Position numbers and translations under genes: made by a program. A stretch of DNA of 64,000 nt from Rhina ancylostomus. Its lineage: Eukaryota. The stretch is from positions 49,840,928-49,904,927 of the forward strand of contig JARFYF010000001.1 in NCBI GenBank assembly GCA_030265395.1, written 5' to 3'. Positions 47,458 to 59,824 of the stretch are shown one piece after another; positions within the stretch are counted from its first letter, which is position 1, and each line of letters opens with the position of its first letter. The notes below the pieces were generated by a model that made no database searches, was not told where the DNA came from, and worked only from the letters and a program-made list of their open reading frames with translations.

Positions 47458-49653
47458 CATAGCTCAAACTCAGCAAATTTTTGGCCTATTAAGTTTGCGC
47501 ACAGGTGGGAGTTATACTTGGACCTAAATAGAGCAACCACCTAGACTATTCACACTTCATTGCTGCTCAAAATGCACACAATTTGCCACAAAAAATGTCT
47601 TGGTGGGACCTTTTATAACCAGTAGAAATCTGATTTGCCAGCTCTATTATTTGCCCTCACATGTTCCTTGTAATTCTTCTGAGTGCCATGGAATGAAATA
47701 GCAAAATTGCAAATGAAACAAAATGTATCTCAGGTAAAGTATCACATTTTGTTCTTGACATATGAAAGGATATCTGGAGTCAGAGACAGAATTACACTCA
47801 TCTTTCCATTTATTTCAGGGTGATTATTTCAGTAAATGTCAGCATGGTGTAGATAATACCAAGGTCACACATTCAATCTCCATACGGGCTGCCAACTTCA
47901 GATGCAAAATCGTGGTGCAATTTGGGGGCAAGGTGGGGAAAGAATTAGAGCAAGGGGATGGTCCTTTGGTGTATAAATAATAACATTGATCTGTTGGGGT
48001 GAAATGGTCTGTTTCTGTGACATGCAATCCAACCCATTATTTTGAAATACACAAATAAAACTTGTCTACAAAATTTAGATTTGAAACATACACTGGTTGT
48101 AGTTAAATAAATGCAATTTTGCTATTATTGAATTGTATAATCAACATCACAACTTGGATAGAAGATGGATCTTTAATTAAAACTGCAATGTTCCATCTAA
48201 CTGCACCTCTCACTGACCCAAATACCAACATAAGCAGGGAACATCAATCATTGTAGGAGATACATTGTTTATATTTCCAGGACCCAGCGTGTAATTTGAC
48301 AACTCATGTTAGTTTTTTCTTGGACCTGCGCTCTTTAGATAACTGCAGCTCTTGTGCTTTTATTGCTATGAACTGACTTCCAGAGTTCTAAATGTTTAAT
48401 TTTTTTTCTGCCTGTTGCTATTACATTGATAGGTAGAAACATTTGTATGTTTAGTGGCACAGATTAATGTGTTCAAATCCAGCCACTGAAGAAAAATGTC
48501 AGAAATAATAGCAGAAGTACTAGCTTCTATTCGTCACTACATTGTAGAAAACCAAGAATTACTCCTTTACACAGATCATCAACCGTGAAAACCTTCACCA
48601 TAGTGACATAATTAAACATTAGCTTTTAATAATTCATGTGGACATTTTTAATTATATATTCATGCATTATTATGTAAAGATACCTGATCGTTTATCTTTA
48701 CAGCTGTTTATTAGATTCATTCAAATACATTTGATTGTTGTACTGACTTTTGGCCTTGCCGATCTGGAGAACAGATCTTTGAGAGGCATCTTATAAAGAG
48801 AAAATAACAACCTCTTGTATTTTCACAGCTCATTGCTCAAGTAAATCTAAAGCATTAAAGATGCACAATTTTTCAGAAATGCAATGAAAATTAAATTATA
48901 TGGTTTACATCAGAATGCTTTTTTCATTTTAGGTAAAAAAATATAATTTTAGGTAAAAAAAATATAAATAAAAAACACAATTCATAATTGTGTACTGTAT
49001 ATGTTTCTGGCACAGTGAAACTCATAGGTTAATTTATTGTCTTTGATTTTTGTGATTAAAAGCTGACAGCAATCTCTTTTTCTGCATGTACACACTCATC
49101 ATACTTTACAGCAAGAGTAGATAATTGAATGGCAGCAAGCTTTAATTGTCTGCAATGCAAGAATATTAGTAAGAAAATCATTTGCTTTTAAAAGGACAAA
49201 GCAATCAAGACATTAACATATATATTAGTATTTATGTTTTCTGTATTTCTCCGAACAAATTTAAATAGAATAATGAGGCTGAGAAATAGTGATCTATTAA
49301 TAGATGTGAAGATCTCTTGTGTTATAATGAACAACCAAAACTAATGAACCAAGTTCTTCAGAAACTTTTGAGTTACATCTAAAAATGTTAGAATAAGAAA
49401 TGATTAAGTGAACCTCTCATCGTTTTGAGTCCACACAGTAACATCTGTCTTGTAAGAATTCAATGTAATAGGCAGTGCCAAAAATAGCTAATTTGCTGTG
49501 GAGTATAGAAGAGCAGACACATTAACTGTGTCTGGGCACCAATACTGCATAGTGTGGATGGATATGTGGTACCATAATTTTACAGTTATTATAATCTGAG
49601 CTGTTGGTCTTTTATTTGAAAACTCAAACATTAAAATGTTCTTGCCCTGAGAG

Positions 49654-50508
49654 ATCAGAATCAGAATCAGGTTTATTATCACTGACATATGCCGTGAAAT
49701 TTGTTGTTTTGCAGNNNNNNNNNNNNNNNNNNNNNNNNNNNNNNNNNNNNNNNNNNNNNNNNNNNNNNNNNNNNNNNNNNNNNNNNNNNNNNNNNNNNNN
49801 NNNNNNNNNNNNNNNNNNNNNNNNNNNNNNNNNNNNNNNNNNNNNNNNNNNNNNNNNNNNNNNNNNNNNNNNNNNNNNNNNNNNNNNNNNNNNNNNNNNN
49901 NNNNNNNNNNNNNNNNNNNNGGTATTGTGAAGAGGGCATGTCCCAGGTGGTGAGGGTCCTTAATAATGGATGCTGCCTCTTGAAGGTGTCCTCAATGGCA
50001 GGGAGGGTTGTGTCCGTGATGGGGCAGGCTGAGTCTACAACCCTCTGCAGCCTCTTTCGACACTGCACATTGAAGCCTCTATACCAGGTGGTGATGCAAC
50101 CAGTCAGAATGCTCTCCACTGTTCATCTGTAGAAATTTGCAAGAGTCTTTGGTGACATACCAAATCTCCTCAAATTCCTAATAAAGTAGAGCCACTGGCA
50201 TGCCTTCTTTGTGATTGCATAAATGTGTTGGGCCCAAGGTAGATCCTCTGAGATGGTGACACCCAGGAACTTGAAGCTGCTCGTCTTTTCCACCGTTGGC
50301 CCCTCAGTGAGGACTGGTGTGTGTTCTCCTGACTCCCTCTTCCTGAAGTCCACAATCAATTCCTTGGTCTTGCTGACATTGAGTGTGAGGTTGTTGTTAT
50401 GACACCACTTAGCCAGCTGATCTATCTCACTCCTGTACGCCCTCTGATTGCCATCTGAGATTCTGTCAACAACAGTGGTGTCATCAGCGAATTTATAGAT
50501 GGCGTTTG
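49654..50508 (-). mobile_element. Rex1/Babar LINE RT 3' fragment
   Basis: AIYKFADDTTVV; IVDFRK...FKFLGVTISEDL.W; NFYR..ESILTGCITTWY; tail (ctgatt)n. Confidence 0.9.
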
Positions 50509-51360
50509 ATGGGTGTTATAGATTAGTTTGGTGGATATTTATAGCGAAGATTTTTTAAGGAGTTTATATCTAGGTCCCCATACTGTTAGACTTTAATTTT
50601 CAGTGAATGTAAATATTGTTTAGAAATGGCTCAGTGAGATTGCAGTCAGATTTGCTTGTAATCTCCTTGGAGCCTCTGCAACATAAACATATTCCTCATC
50701 CATATTATTAGATGAGTATGTTCCTCACACACTAGCAGTAGCCACGTAAAGATATCTAGTTTCTCAATCATATCCATTCTTGGAAGATAATGCCCTCTTG
50801 TGTGGATTGGTTATAAGCTAGACGTTATAATTAACCTCCCAGAGGACAGATGCATTTTGAGAAGGTAGCTTAGACGTAGCCTTATTTGCTGGCACACAAG
50901 ACTAAATTGCCCACTGTAAACTGCAAGGGAAAATAGACACTGAAACTTTGCTGATTTGGATATCTGCACAAGATTCTAATTGTCTGGGTAGCTCCTATTA
51001 GTGCACAGCAATATGTCATAAAAATAACAGTCATTTAAAAAAGATTCTGCCTCTGTTGCTTCAGGCACAGATAATAATCATTCATCTGGCATGCTTCATT
51101 GTGACAGGCAGCATATTGACATAAAAGGAATGTGGCTTATCTGTCTGTGACAGTATCACTTTTCAAACTGGGCACAATGATTCCTGACAAGTCAACATTC
51201 ACGTTCCCAAGCCAGATTTTCTTCTCTCCCCACTCCCCATTTCCCCCCACTACCCCAGTTCTCCTACACAATCATCTCAATTTTAGCAACACCATTGCAG
51301 AAACAGAAACAATGACTATTTGCATGTTAATAATTCCAACAACATAGAAACCTATACAAG

Positions 51361-51513
51361 AGAAACAAAGGATTGCAGATGCTGGAATCTAGATGAAAAA
51401 ACAACAAAATACTGTCCTGAGGAAGGGTCCTGACCCAAAGTGTTGACGTCTGTTTTTCTCCACAGATGCTGCCTGACCTGCTGAATTCTTCCAGCATCTT
51501 GTTTTTTTCATCC
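51361..51513. mobile_element. Fold-back Penelope-like element with hammerhead remnant
   Basis: Inverted ends; internal ctgagga-a-gggtc-ct-gaccc-aaag; flanks agaaacctatac/agaaaactatac resemble a TSD. Confidence 0.7.
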
Positions 51514-51719
51514 AGAAAACTATACTAAGTCATTAAGAAGAATTATTTTCTTGAGAAAGCAGCAGAATATATTGGAATTTTTACCTAAATTTGTGTTCAC
51601 CGAAGAACAAAATATATTTATTCTATAGTCATGAAAGTCAACAGAATTCAGATTGCAAATGGAATAAATGTCTTTAGTTTTGTTTAATTCACAAATGTTA
51701 AAAGAAAGAGGGAGACTTC

Positions 51720-52190
51720 AATCTTTCAACATCTCAAAATGCTTTGGAGCTAATTAAATATTTACGTAAAAAAAGTATAGTCACTTTAGAAGACATGATA
51801 GACAACATATGTGCAGCAAGCTGCCAAAAATTTGAGAAGATAACCAGCTATTTAACTTTAATGATGTGGATTGATATAATCAAATGAGTCAGATCNNNNN
51901 NNNNNNNNNNNNNNNNNNNNNNNNNNNNNNNNNNNNNNNNNNNNNNNNNNNNNNNNNNNNNNNNNNNNNNNNNNNNNNNNNNNNNNNNNNNNNNNTCACG
52001 GGGTAATTTCTCTTCTTTGATCTTTAATATCCATTTGTAAGGGCTGAATGGGCTCAGTTTGATACTACATGTGAAAAATGACAATTTGAACGGAGCAGCT
52101 CTTCCTCCATGGAGCGCCAGCCTAGACCCTTTGGGATAGTACTTGAACCTAGAACCTTCTGACTCAAGAGGCAAGAGAGCTACCTAATGC
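51720..52190 (-). mobile_element. Ancient Deu-domain SINE (SacSINE1/AmnSINE-like); second fragment at ~52830-53030
   Basis: cttgaacctagaaccttctgactcaagaggcaagagagctacc is a reverse head; gcacacagcaagatccc is a Deu-like motif. Confidence 0.55.
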
Positions 52191-53119
52191 TGTTGGCAAC
52201 TACCTTGCCTAATCTGAACTGTTTAATGAAATAAGACATAGAGATCGCTTTGGTTATGGGGTCAGTTTTCAGTAAGTGGGCAGTGTGAGTCCTTTGGCAT
52301 ATACTTCAAGATCTCTATCAACATTATAGTGAGACTTGACAGGACGAAAACAAAGCATTAAACACCACATCACCAATCTCACCACACCACATTGTTCCTG
52401 TATCCCACTCAACGCAGCTGAATTCATAGAAGGAAGCCTCTGACTCTTCATCTCGGGTTTTTGATGGTATCTGGCATCTGGCTTGTAATGCTTGGTGAAC
52501 TCTAAGTATGTCATGTGCTTTGGGATTCCACATAATTATCAACACCCCCAACTGATGACTGTGCCCACTGACCCCTCCCCATGCGACAGCAGCCAACTTT
52601 GCCTCAGCCTCTTTACTTACTGCCAAATCTTGACCTCCCATACTCTGTTTCCAGATTGACCAGATTACCTTTGCACACTCTGGACTGGTAGAGCATGCTA
52701 AGTGAAGGCTTCACCATTTGTAAATCCAATTAACTTGTGAATGAGGTCTTGGGCCTTGTGCACCATGAGATTTTCCACAAACAAAACACAGCAGCTGTTC
52801 AACATGCATTTGCCAGTGCCCAACAATTTCAAGGTCAGGATGTCCTGAAGTGATTTGTCACCAGTGAAAGATTTTTATTGTAGTCTGTTTGCTCTTGCAA
52901 GGTGGGAAATTCTTCAAATAATTTGCACACAGCAAGATCCCTTATGACCAGACAACCCATTTTAATGACTGCTAGGATGCTGACGATAACTCTATTGCTT
53001 ACCTTGAAATATTGCCTGGGGTCCAAGATAGTGTGCCCTCCATATGATGAGCAAACTCACTTCATAAAATGCAAAGGTCAAGGCTGAAAATGTACTGAAA
53101 ACCTACCATTAACCATATC

Positions 53120-53237
53120 AAGAATCTCTGGCATTGATCAAGAGTCACCGGCAATAAAAGAAAATCACTAGAATTGAATCACTGGCAATGAAGAACCAAG
53201 AGCAACGAACAGGAATCTCCAGCAATGAACAACAATT
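53120..53237 (+). repeat. Degenerate 20-bp minisatellite, about 6 units
   Basis: aagaatctctggcattgatc / aagagtcaccggcaataaaa / ...aatcactggcaatgaa / aggaatctccagcaatgaac. Confidence 0.7.
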
Positions 53238-54324
53238 TGCTTGTTGTTCCATTGTATTTAATTTGTTTTCCAAATTAAAACGAGATCTATATTTGATGCA
53301 GTATCAGAACTGTAAAGAATCTGAATACTTAAGTGAGCAGTAAACTGATATTCTCATTGGAATCTTACAATAATTCCAGCAACCTGTAAAATGCCAAATC
53401 CATATGTAATATTTTAAACTTTTAATTAATAAATTCATGCTCTCTATGTCCATCCAGACAACAATCACTTTCTTTCATACTTTTGATTTTAAAGGAAACT
53501 ATTTTTCTCTTATACAGAAATACAGCTTTTCCCCAAACATTCAGAGTATTAGAAAATGACCAAAGATGTGGACAGAGCTATTAATTAGTGCAGCTGCACA
53601 ATTTGTCAAAGGCAAAAATTGTAGACCGATTGAATTGCACTTAAATGTAATGATTTCATATTTTAACATGATCAAGAAAGTGTTNNNNNNNNNNNNNNNN
53701 NNNNNNNNNNNNNNNNNNNNNNNNNNNNNNNNNNNNNNNNNNNNNNNNNNNNNNNNNNNNNNNNNNNNNNNNNNNNNNNNNNNNNNNNNNNNNNNNNNNN
53801 NNNNNNNNNNNNNNNNNNNNNNNNNNNNNNNNNNNNNNNNNNNNNNNNNNNNNNNNNNNNNNNNNNNNNNNNNNNNNNNNNNNNNNNNNNNNNNNNNNNN
53901 NNNNNNNNNNNNNAAAAGTTAATTGAATCAGTCACTTAATATTTCCATTTCATTTTGGTTTTATTTATCCAGATATCTTTCTAATAAAATAAACACTGAA
54001 GAATTTAACAGCAAGGTCTTTGTGAATAATTGTTGTTTATGCTGCAGTTATTTTATTACTTTATTATATGCTGTGAAAATATTTAATTATTATGAGATAT
54101 AGTTTCTACTACTCCTTAGGTCTCCCTTGCCATATACCAATTCCCAAAAAAAGCCAAGTCAACCCATCACTTCAGCACATTTTGCTGAATCATCCTTTGA
54201 GTGGAGACTGAATGTATGTGGGAGCTGTCAAGTGACACACTCTCGTATTCCTCCCTAACATTAAACTCAGTCTTAGGCACTCTGGGACAGTGAATTGTAG
54301 TTTCCTAGATTTATATTTTCTTAT

Positions 54325-54660
54325 GACATAAAAGGAGTCGATTTAGCCTGTTGGGTCTATTCCAGCTCTCAGAGCAACCCATCAATCCCATTCACTCATT
54401 TATTTCTCTGTAGCCTATTTCTTACAAGCTCATCAATATCTTCTTTATTCTCCCACCACCCACCTTCATTCGGGGTAATTTACAGTAGCCAGTTAACCTA
54501 TTGACCAGCATATCTTTGGGGTGTAGGAGGAAACTGGAACACCAGTTAGACTCCCCTGGAGTCACAGGGAGAATGTGTACATAGACAGTACTGGATGTCA
54601 GGATCAAACTCAGGTGCCTGGAGCTGTGCAGTAACAGCATTACCCGCTGCACTACTGTTG
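54325..54660 (-). mobile_element. Older diverged V-SINE
   Basis: tctttggggtgtaggaggaaactggaacacc...tcacagggagaatgt...ctggagctgtgcagtaacagc. Confidence 0.7.
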
Positions 54661-56019
54661 CTTCTGATGACCTGTACCACTTTGTGTTTGCATGAACTCA
54701 ATAATTCACTTTTGTCATTCAGTTTTCACTGAAGGAAAGTTAATTTCTACTTAATGCTGCAATCATTACTTCAAGAATGGAATGTAGAAATGTGGGACAT
54801 AGATTGCAACATTAAAATGTAGTTTGTATATCAATAGGAACTATCTTTCTCTTAAGAACATTATTATTTTCAGAATATCTATACTTGTTTTAAACTGACA
54901 GGTTGCTTTAATTGTAGATGGCGTGAAGGACACGTACATAATATTTCATTTATGGAAACAAAGATGGAACTTTCACTTATAGCGGCATTTGAAATAGAAA
55001 CAAAGCATTAAGCAACACACAACTGTTCTCCCATTCAGTTATATCATGGCCAATTAGTATCTTAACTCTATATCACTCTATCAACTGCATTAATCCATTT
55101 GGTCAACAAAAACTGATCAACCTCACTTTTCATATTTTCACTTGACTTGTTTGAAGGAGATTCTTCCTGTTTTTAATTGGCTTTTTTTATGAAGGAATGC
55201 TGATATGCTGATATCAGCTCTGAATGATCTAGCTCTAATTTTGAAGGTGGAGTCGCTTGTGCCAGACTCCCACACCAGAGAAAATAGTTTCTCTTTACTG
55301 TCGAACAACCCTTACTCATCTTGAACATGTCGATGACATCGCTCCATAATCTGTTGTACTTATGGGAATATAAGAAAGGCTGTTGATAAAAACTGAGTAT
55401 TTTAGGTATGCTTGCTTGCTTTTATGCAATCACGATGTTTTGGTGGAAATATCTTTTTTTATCAGGGACATGCTCTAATTCATTGAGATGCATTTAATGG
55501 TTGAAAAAATTTTGAGATTACATTGTATTATTTTTCTGCAATTTCACCAGGACTAAGGGTTTGAATTTTGTGGGAGTACTTGCTTGTACATGTTCACTGT
55601 TGTAATTTGCAGAATTAATCAGCAGTATGTTCTGCAGTTGGTGTTGTTTCAAAGGTAGCCTCTTCCAGGATCCCTCTGTAAAATCTGGATGTCATGAAGC
55701 AGAGCAGGAACTGGGCCTTCTCTACTAAAGTTCAAATTTATTGTCATAGGCATTCATACCTCGGGTATAAATGCCATGACAATTAGCTTTTTGCGGCAGT
55801 GTGACAAATGTAAGTTAACATAAACTTATATTGACATAAGTTATACATAACTTACATGACAAATTGAACATAAAGTAAAAATAACATGCTCATTTTTTTT
55901 CTTTAAGATTATTGTAAAATATTGGTTGTGAAACCGAAATGAGCAGGATTTGACCCTATATCTAATGTACCAATTATCAACCCCACTAATATTAACTACA
56001 TGAGGGGTGGGGAAAAGAA

Positions 56020-56240
56020 TATCATTCCCCTTCATCTCGTTCCACCTATCACTTACCAGCCCCTCCCTTTCACATCTATTACTGTATACTGGCTATCTTC
56101 CCTCTACACTCTCAGTCCTGATGCAAGGTCTCTACCCAAAATTTCCTTTTGCCTTCACAGATGCTGCTTGACCCACTGAGTTCATCCAGCAGTTTGTTTT
56201 TTGCTCCAGATCCCAGCCTCTGCAGTCTCTCTTATGTCTC
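56020..56240 (+). mobile_element. Penelope-like element 3' terminal repeat
   Basis: ccacctatcac...ctcagtcctgatgcaaggtctctacccaaaa...cacagatgctgcttgacccactgagttc..cagc. Confidence 0.65.
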
Positions 56241-56273
56241 CACCAATATCACCACCCATCAAACCACCATCGG

Positions 56274-56419
56274 TGCCGCCTCACACACCCAATCTTGCTA
56301 ACAGTGAGTTTCAATTATATTTGCTGAAATTATCTGCTGTGACTCTCACAGCACAACAGATAATTTAAGAAAATATACTTGAAACTTGCTGTTAGCAAGA
56401 CTGGGTATGCGAGGCAGCA
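56274..56419. repeat. Long inverted repeat (68-bp arms, ~10-nt loop)
   Basis: About 58 of 68 positions complementary by manual alignment. Confidence 0.9.
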
Positions 56420-57027
56420 AGAATGATAATTGATACTTATGTCCTTGACTCAGTTTTGGATAGGGTCTAGGCCTCTCCTTGGGAGTGACTATCGGAGCCC
56501 TGAAATTGGTCTTTAATCCATTGTGTTATTAGAAAACGTAAACCCTGCAGGGCTAATGTAACGGCATCAGGATTTGCACACCCTTGATTTGTCATGGAGG
56601 TTACAAGAACAGGGCAGAGGGTACAGAGTTGCCAATGAGCTGCTCAACTTCTGTTCTGTCAAAGCTGTTCAACGTCTGCAAACTGTAACTTAGGAGAGAT
56701 GCTCATCATTTGATTTTGTGAATTTGCAACAATCATTCAGTTTAGCAGGCTCTGCACTATTGTATTCACTGAGCAGCCCCTCAGTCACTGATTGTTGCTG
56801 GGTTCCATGCCTACAGTTTCCCATCTAACACAATTGCATGGAGTAACATCAACTTAAGGCCTATGGATATTCAAGGACAATCTGACCACTTCTCTAGCAA
56901 GCAAGGGACAGTAAATTTGTATGGCATGACAATGCCATCCGTGTCCAGAGAATGAATACACGAAGATCCAAATCTCAATTCTCAGGTTGGGTTCCACCCT
57001 GCTAATCAGCAAATATTCTCTAGGAAA

Positions 57028-57206
57028 TGGAGATACAAAGCAATGAAGATGCTGGAATCTGGAGCAAAGAAAAACAAACTGCTGGCTGCTGGAGGAATTT
57101 TACATTTTCGTCTGGATTAAGAGTCTCACCCCAAAGCGCCCACTGTCCATTTCCCTCCACAGATGCAGACTGACATGCTGAGTTCCTCCAGCAGTTTGTG
57201 TTTTAT
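57028..57206. mobile_element. Fold-back Penelope-like element
   Basis: agatgctggaatctggagc..aaacaaactgctgg ... ccacagatgc...gctgagttcctccagcagtttg. Confidence 0.65.
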
Positions 57207-59075
57207 TCTGAAGGAAACATTTAGCATGGTTCATCCACCAAAGCAATCTACTTTTTATGCCAGTGTCTTACTCAGGGCAGAAGCAATACTTTGTAGAATT
57301 GCCAGTAAAGAGATTTTGAATGGAGTTTACTGCATTTAACTAACATGAGAGAATGCCTGACAGAGAAATGACCTTTCCTTTGTGATTACATTGGTACCAC
57401 ACAGTGCAATCACTTCCAAGTGATTCTAGGCACCTCTCCATCAAGATTCCCTAGTTTTTTCAACATTAGTGCCAGTTTGTTTAAATGAGTGTATTTTCTA
57501 TTATGGTATTTTGTTTTGATCTAATTAGTATTCCTGTAATATATAGACATATATTAATCAGTATATTGTGAAAGGCAAGATGATATCATCATCAAGCTAA
57601 TTGTATAAATTGTAATTATCGGATTCTAAGACCTATGAATCAGTATTAAATAAACAGGTGTTTGTTGATATTTGATTGCATTCTGAGATTTCAAGGAGGC
57701 AATGTTGCTTTGAAATTAAATCTCATCATTTTTGATATTTTAAGTCATACTGCATTCAACACTAACACTCAATCAGGAGACCCATGGAAAAAAAAATCAA
57801 CTTTATTAGTGAAATTACCTTTGGAATCATTTGGGTTATTTACATGCTTTTTACTTCATTGAATTGCTGTCTCAGTCTTTCCTGACAGCAGCTCTGGCTG
57901 CTGCATTGTTCCATCTCTGGTGATTGGGGCACGAATCAGAGCCTGAAAACATACTCTCCATGGCAGCAATATAAAGCTGCCACAGGGGTGAGGGAAAACA
58001 TCCATGCAAGGACAAATCATGATTAATGTGCAACGTCCAGTTTTGCATTGGGTGAAACATATGCTGGAAATAAATGCAAAACCAAGTTTATGCACTTCCA
58101 ATTTATAAGCATATATTTCTAAGTTCATCATTGGAAAGGCCTTCAGGGCAATAAAATAATAACTCTCATGGCAGCATGCACTGCTGGGACTCCTGTTGTT
58201 TTGGAAATCACTCTTTTTGTACAGACTTTCAAAATGTTTTCACCGCTCACTCAACTGCCATCACTGAAAAGTCTCTGGCCCCTTTTGTAGCTTTCCATGA
58301 CCTTAAAATGAGTTTAGTCTCAGCAATTATCAAAGTGTTCTCCTAGAATGCTGACTGCTTGAACCTTGTTATTCTAAATTAGCAAAGTTTTTTTCACATG
58401 TCATAATAATATTATAAAAGGTAGAATTTGCTGTCTGGTGACACTGTTAAGTAGGTGGCTACGTACTGGCACTATGGGCTCCTTAGCAATGGTAAGTACA
58501 GGTCTTGGCTTAATTAACAGCAGCTTTGTGAGGGATGGAAAAATTAATGGGCAGGTCAGTCCATGTAGATCCTCCATTATTGCTGGTGGCTGGGTTCAGG
58601 ATGGCATCTGAAGAAATATAGGAATGTTTTGAGTTGATCCTTTCATTTGGGATGGACTGGATATGGTATAGGATGGGAAAAGGAGCCCCAAATATGGGAG
58701 TGGGAGCTGAGGGAGTGGGTTTTAGTAGACGATACATAAAATACTAAGAACATCAAAAGCTGGGAGTGGTGGTAGAATCCCATTCATACTGACCACATCT
58801 GTGATGTGCATTCGTTAAATTCATATTAGCACATTAAAGAAAAATAATCACATAATGTGATATATAATTTATAAATTCAATATTGAAAGTCACTTAGAAC
58901 TAAAATACTTAGTAAAGAGCCACCNNNNNNNNNNNNNNNNNNNNNNNNNNNNNNNNNNNNNNNNNNNNNNNNNNNNNNNNNNNNNNNNNNNNNNNNNNNN
59001 NNNNNNNNNNNNNNNNNNNNNNNNNNNNNNNNNNNNNNNNNNNNNNNNNNNNNNNNNNNNNNNNNNNNNNNNNNN

Positions 59076-59174
59076 GCCTGTGTTTGTCCTGAGGAAGTAT
59101 CCTGACTCCAGTCTTGTATCGGTGTGCTACATTTGGGTTCTCTGTGAGCTTGCTCTTTGCTCAACATTGTGATA
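59076..59174 (+). mobile_element. 3' end of a third LTR of the 27181-31029 family (solo LTR, or element hidden in the gap)
   Basis: Reverse complement of 30634-30730 at roughly 90% identity. Confidence 0.9.
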
Positions 59175-59507
59175 GACCAACTTCAAAGTCAAGTTGAATG
59201 CACCAAGAGAAATAAGTAGAAGAAAATAAAGATAGGGTTAAGAGAGAGGCATGAAGAAAAATGACATTTTACACATTTAACATCTGCTGTAATAGTTAAT
59301 ACCTAAAGGAATGAGGTGGTCAGTGCCAGAGAAGTTGGTTAATAGTAATTAACAGATTCTTTTGTTGAAAGGGAAGTTAGACCAAATTGAGCAACGATTA
59401 ATTTCTGTGATGTATCTATTGTAAAAACACAAATTCCACTAGATGCACTGCTTTTAATTGGTGAGGCATAAACAAGATAATATGTTCATAAATATAGTAG
59501 TACAGTG

Positions 59508-59824
59508 CAGGTCATCCCTGGGTTATGAATGTCTGACTTATGGGCACCTGTAAAAATGAATGAGCTCCTATAATACTATGAAATTCAAGTCTGATGTACA
59601 TACATAAGTTCGCTCCTTCCCATGGTAGAAGTAGTTTCCTCGCTCTCTCCACTTTTAGTAATTGTTCTTTTCTAATCTGTCATATGTGTTTTTCATGTCA
59701 TTCATTACAATACTGTGGAGGTCTGGTGATATCATTGAGTGACGTTTGTGTGTTTTTGAACTTGGACTAAATTGACATGGACATCTATGAAAAAAGGAAC
59801 CTACTTGTTACTTGGGGTGACCTA
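59508..59824 (+). mobile_element. Non-autonomous Tigger/pogo-like DNA transposon (MITE), copy 2
   Basis: Imperfect TIRs caggtcatccctgggttatgaa / ttgttacttggggtgaccta; homologous to 36682-36965. Confidence 0.65.

Noticed and set aside
52324-52641. 105-aa minus-strand ORF
   Set aside because: No recognisable domain or splice context; length compatible with chance
53120-53237. CRISPR-like array
   Set aside because: Units are adjacent and degenerate with no spacers; vertebrate context and no cas genes
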